DNA of 55,405 bases from an uncultured Thermoplasmata archaeon (lineage in GTDB: Archaea > Thermoplasmatota > Thermoplasmata > GCA-020350865), in assembly GCA_965371185.1 (NCBI GenBank), contig CBDUXN010000002.1:1-55405 (forward strand). The letters run 5' to 3'. The position numbers and the translations under genes were made by a program. How positions within the stretch are numbered: the stretch's first letter is position 1; every line of letters starts with the position of its first letter. Positions 42,902 to 49,964 of this stretch are shown one piece after another. Under the pieces are notes generated by a model, which was not told the origin of the DNA, did no database searches, and saw only the letters and a program-made list of their open reading frames with translations.

Positions 42902-44836
42902 TCAGTGCTTCACAGCGACTACATAACAGGCTATTATCAGAATAACAACGAAGATGATCACCAGAGCATAGCTGAGCATTGGGTCCATACCCTCCTCTTC
43001 CGGTTCATCAAGGGTCTTGAAGGTCAGTGAAGCTGTTTGATGGGTCGTATCCGTGCTGTTGAGGGTTACAGCCAGATCGTTTTTTCCGTTTCCGTCCATG
43101 TCCACATTCTTGGTTTCTCCGACAGCTATATTCAAGGTCTGCGCCTTAGTGTTGAGCTCCAAGATGACGCTGTCCTTGGTAATGCTCCTCAGCATCACCT
43201 TGTGCTCTTCACCTTTGCGATTGAACCTGACGCCATTCCCTCTTTTTATTATCTGTGTCACACCTCCAGAATCAACTGTTATCTGTGGCGGCTCGTCCTC
43301 GAAGCAGTACAGCCTGCCATTATCACAGCCTATGAACAATTTCCCTTCGCAAATGGCAGGCGAGGAGATTATATATTGTTTAGGCGAGGGTGTATAACTC
43401 CAGATCAATTCTCTAGTGCTATGATCCAGGCAATAGATGGTGCTGTTCTGAACATTCGTGGCAAAGTACACCTTACCTTCTGCGATTGCAGGAGAGGATT
43501 GAACAGCGCCATTGGGCTCGAATTCCCAAAGTTTGTTACCATTCATATCAAAGCGGTAAAATTTTCCATCCATGTTCATTTCCCCTGCGCCCACGAAGAT
43601 TGCGCCATTAAGCACAGCTGGTGAGGAAACGCTGCTTCCTATTTCCTTTCTCCAGGTCAAATTACCATTCGTTGCGTTCAGGCAGTAAAGGTATCCATCC
43701 TTGGAAGTGAAAATAACCCTATCACCAACTGTTGTAGGAGAAGAACCAATAGAACCATTAACAGAGAAATTCCAAAGCACTTCACCATTTTTCGTGTCGA
43801 AGCAATAAAGTTCGTAGGGTGGTGCCCATTTGAAAGTGGAAGAGTCGTAGAGACCCATGGTTCCTATGTACACCTTCTCTTCTGATACACACGGGGATGA
43901 AAAATAGACGGAGCTGGAGGTTGGGCTTTTCCACAACACATTACCGCTATCCTCATCCAGGCAGTAAAAGGAACCTGGGCCGCCGCTGAAATTGAACGAA
44001 CCCACGAATACCTTGCCGTTTACGACCGTAGGTGCAGAGGTTACACCTGAGATACCTGGATGGGCAGTTATCTCTCTTTTCCATATAGGTTCACCATTGG
44101 TAAAATTCAAAGCGTAAAGATACCCGTCCTTCCCGCCAATGAAAACTTTTTCATTGGATATTGCAGGGGAGAAGCTGCCTAGCATGTCCTTATTATTCCA
44201 CAGGAGCTTTCCATCTAGATTAAAACAGAACACGCCTCCCCAGTTATTTATAATCACCTTTCCATCCACTATTGCAGGTGATGCTGCCAATTCAATTGTT
44301 TCCGTATCGTATGACCATAGAAGGTTGTTTGTGGAAGGCCCGGAGCCTCTAATTGAACCTGAGTTGAAAGCATCGTGTTGAAAACCTGCCCAGGGGTATT
44401 TTAATGCTGGCACGGCCATCGGTTCCGAGGAACTGGGGCACCACCCTATGATATCCCCATCATTCAGTTGGACATCATTTGCCCCCTTATTTGAACCCTC
44501 CCAATCCTCAGCGGATTTGTTCCACAATAAAAACGACCACCACCAGCTCCAGTCATCGGGACTGTTTAACCCCCCAATACCGTTGATAAAAACCCCGAAG
44601 GAAAACCATTCCACAACCAAATCCAAATTCAGTTGACTGCATGCTTCCTCAGTTGCTTTAATCGCAGTACGGTTCTCACCAAGCATTATATCCTCCCATT
44701 GCACAATGCCATTGCCGAAGTCGATCATCACTTCAACGCTGATCTCAGAATCTTCTTCAGATTTTATTGTGGGCACGAGTGTTATCACAAGCATCCCAAG
44801 TATTAGCAGAGCCATAATGGATTTACAGCACTTCAT
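42902..44836 (-). CDS. Surface protein: signal peptide, DUF4430-like domain, PQQ-like beta-propeller repeats, beta-rich domain, C-terminal TM anchor
   Basis: 644 aa. The N-terminus carries ..WWWSFLLWNKSAEDWEGSNKGANDVQLNDGDIIGWC. There are many repeats of the type ..P(A/T)(I/V).(D/N)GK(V/I)(F/Y).G..DG.LYC(L/F).. (BamB/PQQ_2-like). The C-terminal helix is LSYALVIIFVVILIIACYVVAV. Confidence 0.7.
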   Translation of the reverse strand: MKCCKSIMALLILGMLVITLVPTIKSEEDSEISVEVMIDFGNGIVQWEDIMLGENRTAIKATEEACSQLNLDLVVEWFSFGVFINGIGGLNSPDDWSWWWSFLLWNKSAEDWEGSNKGANDVQLNDGDIIGWCPSSSEPMAVPALKYPWAGFQHDAFNSGSIRGSGPSTNNLLWSYDTETIELAASPAIVDGKVIINNWGGVFCFNLDGKLLWNNKDMLGSFSPAISNEKVFIGGKDGYLYALNFTNGEPIWKREITAHPGISGVTSAPTVVNGKVFVGSFNFSGGPGSFYCLDEDSGNVLWKSPTSSSVYFSSPCVSEEKVYIGTMGLYDSSTFKWAPPYELYCFDTKNGEVLWNFSVNGSIGSSPTTVGDRVIFTSKDGYLYCLNATNGNLTWRKEIGSSVSSPAVLNGAIFVGAGEMNMDGKFYRFDMNGNKLWEFEPNGAVQSSPAIAEGKVYFATNVQNSTIYCLDHSTRELIWSYTPSPKQYIISSPAICEGKLFIGCDNGRLYCFEDEPPQITVDSGGVTQIIKRGNGVRFNRKGEEHKVMLRSITKDSVILELNTKAQTLNIAVGETKNVDMDGNGKNDLAVTLNSTDTTHQTASLTFKTLDEPEEEGMDPMLSYALVIIFVVILIIACYVVAVKH

Positions 44837-44923
44837 TCAATCACCTTAAAGTAAACTTGAATATATTAAAATGTATTTTAATTTTGTGGTGATTCTTGTC
44901 ATATCTCGTTTATCTATCTAAAA

Positions 44924-44950
44924 CCCGCACGCCGCCCTCACCTCCATCCC
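44924..44950. repeat. C-rich intergenic motif copy
   Basis: cccgcacgccgccctcacctccatccc lies about 90-115 nt upstream of the propeller gene start (44836, minus strand). It closely matches the 17639-17660 copy. Confidence 0.4.
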
Positions 44951-45058
44951 TGAGCCGTCCAAAATATCGGGTAAAAATTTCACTTATGATAATTGATAAT
45001 GATAACCGCACCTATAGTATTAAAGTAGTCTTTGTTCTCATAATTGAAACCGATAACG

Positions 45059-45295
45059 ATGATGGAGAATAACATAGACGAAACGATGCTACTAAGAATA
45101 GTGGCAAAGAGAGGGCTGATGGGGGCCAGCAGGGATGAACTATTCAAGGAGCTCGGAGGCATCGCTTACAGCGATTTAGAAAGGTATATTCAAGAGCTGG
45201 AACGAAAAGGATACATAACGGTCGATTGGCTCGGCTGGAGCGATTTTGTTATAACGGTTACCCGTGAGGGTAAAGAATTCGTAACCGAAACTTAA
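45059..45295 (+). CDS. Small winged-helix DNA-binding protein
   Basis: MMENNIDETMLLRIVAKRGLMGASRDELFKELGGIAYSDLERYIQELERKGYITV.. has a wHTH pattern. ATG at 45059; the track start at 45044 is a TTG. Confidence 0.5.
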   Translation: MMENNIDETMLLRIVAKRGLMGASRDELFKELGGIAYSDLERYIQELERKGYITVDWLGWSDFVITVTREGKEFVTET

Positions 45296-45337
45296 GGGAA
45301 CACGGAACGGCTCCGCGGCAACTTTATCGGTCCAGAA

Positions 45338-46450
45338 TCATTTCTTTTGACCCTTTTTGTCCCCAAGGAGCTCGTCCACAAGTTCCACGATATCCTTGAC
45401 CTCGATATCGCAGTCAGTAGATTCTTTTCCAAGGGTAAGGTTGTTCACGCAGAAAGGGCACGCTGTTAGGAGCACATCTGCAAATTTTGCGTTCTCTATG
45501 CGTCTTTCCGCTATCCTTTTTGACATGTCAGGGAAAGCTGCGCGTAGCCCTCCTCCACCTCCACAACATCTCGCTGTTTCCTTATTGAATTCCATTTCCT
45601 TGAACTCGGCCTTTGGAATCTTTTCGATGATCTTTCTCGGTGCCTCATATACTCCTGCATGCCTCCCCAAATGGCATGGATCATGATATGTAACGGTCTT
45701 TGGGTATTCCTTCAGAGGCAGTTCTTTCTCAGCCAGAAGTTCTGTGATATGCATGGGTTTGAACTTCAGTTCTCTGAAATCAGGATAGTGGTTCTTGAAC
45801 ATGTTGTAGCAGCCTGCACAGGAGAATAAAAGCGTTTCTATGCCCAGTTCCTCCACAGAGTCCAGGTTATGATCCACCAGCTTCTTTACATCCCCGTCCT
45901 TACCACCGATTCTCTGAAGCGGGCTGCCGCAGCAGACCTCATCTATAACCGTATAATCCACACCCAGTTTGTCCAATATGGACATGGTTGTTTTGGCGAT
46001 GTTTTGATTTCTGTATGCTGGGGTACAACCTATAAAATAGCCAATTTTGGCTTTTTTTGGAGTTTTACCGAATTGCTCGCCTTGCTTCTCGGTTTCGCCG
46101 TAAGGGTTACCGTATTTCAAGATGTTGTCCGCGAATTTTTTGTGCTTTTCGAGAGCATGTTCATCAAGCAGCTCCTTGCGTGCTGCTTCAATGATGTCTA
46201 CAACACCAACATTTGAAGGACATCTCCTTTCACAGTCTCCGCAGGTTGAGCATTGGTAAAGAGTCTCCACTATCGAATCATCGATGTCAAATCTATCCTT
46301 TAGCATACCATATGCAAGAATTACTTTACCCCTGGCTACAGAGGATTCCCAACCAAAGTCCTCAAATATGGGGCACACGCTCCTACAAAAACCGCATTGG
46401 GTGCAGACGAGCATCTCTTTTTCAAGTGATTCCAAGTCCTTTTCCGTCAT
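45338..46450 (-). CDS. Fe-S oxidoreductase, HdrD/GlcF/GlpC-like (two 4Fe-4S motifs plus two CCG domains)
   Basis: The ferredoxin-type motifs are CTQCGFCRSVCP and CSTCGDCERRCP. The cysteine-rich CCG-domain signatures are ..EVCCGSP.. and ..ARCCGGGGG... Confidence 0.75.
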   Translation of the reverse strand: MTEKDLESLEKEMLVCTQCGFCRSVCPIFEDFGWESSVARGKVILAYGMLKDRFDIDDSIVETLYQCSTCGDCERRCPSNVGVVDIIEAARKELLDEHALEKHKKFADNILKYGNPYGETEKQGEQFGKTPKKAKIGYFIGCTPAYRNQNIAKTTMSILDKLGVDYTVIDEVCCGSPLQRIGGKDGDVKKLVDHNLDSVEELGIETLLFSCAGCYNMFKNHYPDFRELKFKPMHITELLAEKELPLKEYPKTVTYHDPCHLGRHAGVYEAPRKIIEKIPKAEFKEMEFNKETARCCGGGGGLRAAFPDMSKRIAERRIENAKFADVLLTACPFCVNNLTLGKESTDCDIEVKDIVELVDELLGDKKGQKK

Positions 46451-46695
46451 TTAAATTCCCTTTTGAGAATATGTTCAACACCCTTTTCTTGGCTCCTTAA
46501 TATAATTCTGATAACCATATACTTGAATATGTGTTTGTCTCTGATATGGGTTACCGAACTTTCCAATGACAACGGTCTCACTGTTTTAAGGCTAAACATG
46601 AATACTCTACATAGTTTTAATCCTTTTGATACTGGTGTTATATTCCACAAACTTATATATACGAACTTTATTAGGGTAGCCACCAAAAAAGGAGA

Positions 46696-47550
46696 ATGGC
46701 AATGGCTGCAAAGAGAGCTCCAAGAGCTACAGCGCGAAAGGTGAAGGACAAGTGGCGGTCCAAGGAATGGTACAGAATACTCGCTCCAGAGATGTTCAAT
46801 AATGTACAGATTGCGGAGACGTTGAGCGACGACAGTGCTAAGGTAATAGGCAGGGTAACAGAGGTGACGATGCAGGATTTGACAGGCGATTTCTCGAAGA
46901 TGCACATCAAACTCATGTTTAAAATTCATGAAGTGAATGGCTTCGATGCCCATACCAACTTCATTGGACACACTCTTACAAGTGATTACATCCGAAGATT
47001 GACCAGGAGAAAGCACTCGAAAACAGACGGTGTTTTTGATGCAATAACAAAGGATAAGGCTTTGATTCGGGTCAAACCAATGGCGGTTACGGAGAAGAGG
47101 ATCCAGGTTTCCCAGCAGAAGGCGATTCGCAGTATCATGGGGAAGATCATAACCAGCGAGGCCGCCAAATCCATAAGCAGTGAGTTCATAAAAGAGATGC
47201 TTTCAGGCAACATATCGAAAAGCATTCTCAGGGCGAGCAAGCCCATCTACCCGTTGAAGAGGGTGGAGATACGGAGATCAGAGGTTCTCAGATCGCCAAC
47301 AGAAAAGGTTGTGGCGCCGCCACCTCAACCGCTAGAAGAGGTAGCCGTGAGGACTGAAGAGGAGTTGGAGGAGAAACCCGAAGAGCTGGCTGGGGAGGCG
47401 GTGGAAGAGAAAATTGACGAGAAGGAGAGGCCGGAAGAAACCATTGAGGAAGAGAAGGCTGGAGAAGAGGAAGTCGAGGGGAAAGAGGAGCTGCAACCAA
47501 AACCCGAGGAGGAAAAGGTTGTAGAAGGGGAAGGACCAACGGAGGATTAA
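46696..47550 (+). CDS. rps3ae: 30S ribosomal protein S3Ae (eS1) with ~80-aa acidic C-terminal extension
   Basis: ..KVKDKWRSKEWYRILAPEMF.., ..LTSDYIRRLTRRKHSK.. and ..KPIYPLKRVEIRRSEVL match S3Ae. Residues 205-284 (47308-47547) are Glu/Pro/Lys low complexity. AGGAG lies upstream of the ATG. Confidence 0.9.
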   Translation: MAMAAKRAPRATARKVKDKWRSKEWYRILAPEMFNNVQIAETLSDDSAKVIGRVTEVTMQDLTGDFSKMHIKLMFKIHEVNGFDAHTNFIGHTLTSDYIRRLTRRKHSKTDGVFDAITKDKALIRVKPMAVTEKRIQVSQQKAIRSIMGKIITSEAAKSISSEFIKEMLSGNISKSILRASKPIYPLKRVEIRRSEVLRSPTEKVVAPPPQPLEEVAVRTEEELEEKPEELAGEAVEEKIDEKERPEETIEEEKAGEEEVEGKEELQPKPEEEKVVEGEGPTED

Positions 47551-47594
47551 CCTCGCTCATTCCATTTTGAGAATTAGAATTATCGATTACATGT

Positions 47595-47733
47595 GCCGAG
47601 GTGGCTCAGCCTGGTGGAGCGTCGGACTCATAGGGTACAGCTTGATGCTCTCAGGCACCTAAGAAATCCGGAGGTCACGGGTTCAAAAACGAGCCAGTTG
47701 AGGCTGGCTCTGTTGAAAACCCCGTCCTCGGCA
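47595..47733 (+). tRNA. tRNA with anticodon CAU (elongator Met or Ile2) carrying two putative introns
   Basis: Manual cloverleaf: acceptor GCCGAGG/CCTCGGC; D arm GCTC-AGCCTGGTG-GAGC; anticodon stem TCGGA/TCCGG with loop CTCATA^A; variable loop AGGTC; T stem ACGGG/CCCGT; discriminator A. Insertions lie at 47633-47665 (33 nt, after position 37) and 47688-47719 (32 nt, in the T loop near 59/60). The spliced length is 74 nt. CCA is not encoded. Confidence 0.8.
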
Positions 47734-47735
47734 CT
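47710..47735 (+). repeat. Direct repeat copy A (3' end of second intron, T-stem 3' strand and acceptor 3' strand of the tRNA)
   Basis: ctgttgaaaaccccgtcctcggcact, followed by a T-run. Confidence 0.85.
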
Positions 47736-47736
47736 C

Positions 47737-47744
47737 TATTTTTA
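47737..47744 (+). terminator. Oligo-T tract after the tRNA
   Basis: tattttta lies immediately 3' of the discriminator region. Confidence 0.35.
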
Positions 47745-47788
47745 TGCAAATCTTTATGTGAAACCAATGCAATAGGTTTCAAAAGAAT

Positions 47789-48403
47789 ATGGAAGGGTAT
47801 AGATTGCCACTGATAGAATCGAGATATGGTATGTGGATTTTTCTGCTTACAAAAATCATGGCCATTGTAATACTCGTCGTATTCCTTTTATTTGCGTTTA
47901 ACATCGCAAGATTATGGCTCACTTACCTCCCTCAGATGGAAGAGGCTGCTGAGGAAACAGCAAGAATGTTGGCAGAAACAGGCGGAGGGGGAGAACCTGC
48001 CTCAATAATACAAGGCGACATAATTCCTGAGTTGCGAATGGTTTTAATGCTCTCGTTAATATTATTCGGCCTGTTAGACGGCATTTATGCGCTTATGTTG
48101 TGGAGAGGAAAACCTCCATTTCGGAATGAATCAGTTTTAATTCCTCTAACAGCAATATATTTCATTGCCAGAATTTTTCACACTTACGTCATAACCATTA
48201 TTTCAACAACAATAGTCACCCATAGTAATCCCAGAATTTTAATGAACTCACTCTACCTGACAATCCCAATTTTTTCAGTGCTCAGCCTCGTGATAATCAT
48301 AATCGTTTATAATAAGGTTTTAAAGAGAAGAAAAAAAGGGACAAAAATCCTGTTCAAAATCCCGTCCTCGGCACTATTTTTTTGGACAGAAAATTTTAAT
48401 TAG
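47789..48403 (+). CDS. 4-TM membrane protein, paralogue 1 of a tandem triplet (unknown family)
   Basis: 204 aa. Shares W..(Y/F)(L/F)P(Q/N)ME.A.EET, GG, (L/C)FGLLD..(Y/F)A..LW(R/K)GK, NPR..MN.LYL and FKIP blocks with the next two genes. Its C-terminus after FKIP (SSALFFWTENFN) is encoded by the tRNA-like repeat. Confidence 0.7.
   Translation: MEGYRLPLIESRYGMWIFLLTKIMAIVILVVFLLFAFNIARLWLTYLPQMEEAAEETARMLAETGGGGEPASIIQGDIIPELRMVLMLSLILFGLLDGIYALMLWRGKPPFRNESVLIPLTAIYFIARIFHTYVITIISTTIVTHSNPRILMNSLYLTIPIFSVLSLVIIIIVYNKVLKRRKKGTKILFKIPSSALFFWTENFN
48350..48375 (+). repeat. Direct repeat copy B (tRNA 3'-end-like 26-mer inside the 3' end of paralogue 1)
   Basis: ctgttcaaaatcccgtcctcggcact has 24 of 26 identical to copy A, including an exact 15-mer cccgtcctcggcact. 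The offset is exactly 640 nt and it is also followed by a T-run. Confidence 0.85.
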
Positions 48404-48471
48404 ATTCAATATAATTATTCAATTGGAAATATAAAAAAGTTGAGGGTTCCTAATTGTCTCTAATTGGACAA

Positions 48472-49029
48472 ATGAAATTAAGTGAATATGAATTTTCAAC
48501 GAAGGGTCTGGCAGTTAATATTTTTATTGCTTTCTTGGTTTTCTTATTTTTCATGCTGATCATGCAATGGATGTTCTTTTTTCCAAATATGGAAGACGCT
48601 TATGAAGAAACGAAAAGTATGATAGAAAGAACCGGCGGGGAAGATTCTGGGAGGCTGATTCACGGCGAATACATTGGGGAAATTAAATTCGCTCAGGTAA
48701 TTTCTTTTATATGTTTTGGATTGTTAGATGCTGTTTTTGCTTTTATGTTGTGGAAGGGGAAGGCCCCAAAAAGTCAGGAGATAACTACAAGAGTATTATC
48801 AGAGGCCCATTCTACTATTAGAATGTTCAGCGCTTTTGTGATTATCATGCTTTCAATTTCGATTTTGATTGGGGATAATCCTAGAATTTTTATGAACCTA
48901 CTTTACCTCATAATAGCTGTATTCTCTGTGATCAGCCTCATAATTATTCTCTACTTCCAAAGGAAATTTTTAACCGCAAAAATGAAGAAAGAGCTGGTCT
49001 TTAAGATTCCTGACGAGGCTACCCATTAG
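48472..49029 (+). CDS. 4-TM membrane protein, paralogue 2
   Basis: ATG at 48472 (MKLSEYEF); the track start at 48454 is a TTG. It has the same conserved blocks and ends ..LVFKIPDEATH. Confidence 0.7.
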   Translation: MKLSEYEFSTKGLAVNIFIAFLVFLFFMLIMQWMFFFPNMEDAYEETKSMIERTGGEDSGRLIHGEYIGEIKFAQVISFICFGLLDAVFAFMLWKGKAPKSQEITTRVLSEAHSTIRMFSAFVIIMLSISILIGDNPRIFMNLLYLIIAVFSVISLIIILYFQRKFLTAKMKKELVFKIPDEATH

Positions 49030-49082
49030 TCTCCCAAATTCACGTTTAAGTTAATAGGAAAACTTATTAAACCTCAATACAA

Positions 49083-49679
49083 TTGATATTTAAACAAATA
49101 GAGGTGTCAGAATTGCTTAGCTCGATAAAGGGTGAGGAAACTAGGTTTTCTATGAAGGTATTAACCGTCCTTGTATTAATTGGATTCCTGGTTTATACGA
49201 TGATTATATTAACACTATGGATGTCTTTTCTTCCGAATATGGAACACGCCGCTGAGGAAACACAAAAATTAATCGAAAAATCTGGTGGCGAGACCTCGAC
49301 GGTACAAAGTGTTTATTTCTCTGAGATGAGAATGGTTTATACCATATCATTAATATGCTTTGGATTGTTGGATGGTGTCTTTGCTTATCTCTTGTGGAAA
49401 GGAAAGATGCCTAATAGTCGATTATATAATGTGATTGGACCGCAAGTGGTATTATACTCCACTATCAGAGGTATCATCGGTGGATTAATCATAACTCAAC
49501 TATCAATAGGAACTTTTACTGGGCATGACCCTAGATTGATGATAAACATGCTTTATTTGGTAATAGCTATATCTTCCGTTATTAGCTTGATAATCATTTT
49601 TTACATTAAGATGAAGTATCTCAGAGAAAATAATGAAGAAGATGTAACTTTTAAAATCCCTGAGGATGCTTCGTTCTAG
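49083..49679 (+). CDS. 4-TM membrane protein, paralogue 3 (start uncertain)
   Basis: The track start is TTG 49083; the first ATG is at 49152 (MKVLTVL), preceded by GGTGAGG. It has the same conserved blocks and ends ..VTFKIPEDASF. Confidence 0.65.
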   Translation: MIFKQIEVSELLSSIKGEETRFSMKVLTVLVLIGFLVYTMIILTLWMSFLPNMEHAAEETQKLIEKSGGETSTVQSVYFSEMRMVYTISLICFGLLDGVFAYLLWKGKMPNSRLYNVIGPQVVLYSTIRGIIGGLIITQLSIGTFTGHDPRLMINMLYLVIAISSVISLIIIFYIKMKYLRENNEEDVTFKIPEDASF

Positions 49680-49760
49680 TCCCTCATACTCCATTCACTA
49701 TCATATGTAAATGCTCACCCATGTTTTTTTAGGTTAACTTTTACGGTAAGTATGTTGGTA

Positions 49761-49916
49761 TCAAGGTTCATCAATATCTGTATTTACATCTCCACGAAGA
49801 TCCCGCATAATTTTATCCGTATTTCCTTTGCCTAAATAACCCTCAAACTCGTCGAATACGTCGGAATTAGATTTCTTACGAGTCTTAACTTGTACTTTCT
49901 TAGGACTGTCTGACAT
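49761..49916 (-). CDS. Hypothetical 51-aa protein downstream of radA (weak call, not in ORF track)
   Basis: Hand translation gives MSDSPKKVQVKTRKKSNSDVFDEFEGYLGKGNTDKIMRDLRGDVNTDIDEP*. It is on the same strand as radA, 48 nt after it. No motif is recognised. Confidence 0.25.
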   Translation of the reverse strand: MSDSPKKVQVKTRKKSNSDVFDEFEGYLGKGNTDKIMRDLRGDVNTDIDEP

Positions 49917-49964
49917 GACTACCCTCAACCGGCATAATTATGCGGTTTAAACTTTTCAATCGCT

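Noticed and set aside
44980-45070. ATGATAA / GATGATGG strings resembling C-box elements of a C/D sRNA
   Set aside because: No properly spaced D box (CTGA), terminal stem or guide arrangement could be found. The second string is the start region of the wHTH ORF.
46447-47016. 189-aa minus-strand ORF spanning the HdrD-S3Ae intergenic region and the S3Ae 5' end
   Set aside because: It overlaps the clearly recognisable S3Ae gene in antisense and runs through its promoter and SD region. It has no motif.
47593-47775. 60-aa plus-strand ORF from the track (MPRWLSLVERRTHRVQLDALRH..)
   Set aside because: It lies exactly over the tRNA(CAU) gene and its introns. The tRNA fold explains the sequence, and the ORF starts at a non-ATG codon.
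47595-49700. Complete integrated provirus or plasmid at the tRNA
   Set aside because: There is no integrase, capsid, replication or other mobile-element gene in or near the bracketed region. Only the att-like repeat and the paralogue array are supported, so it is reported as a footprint rather than an element.
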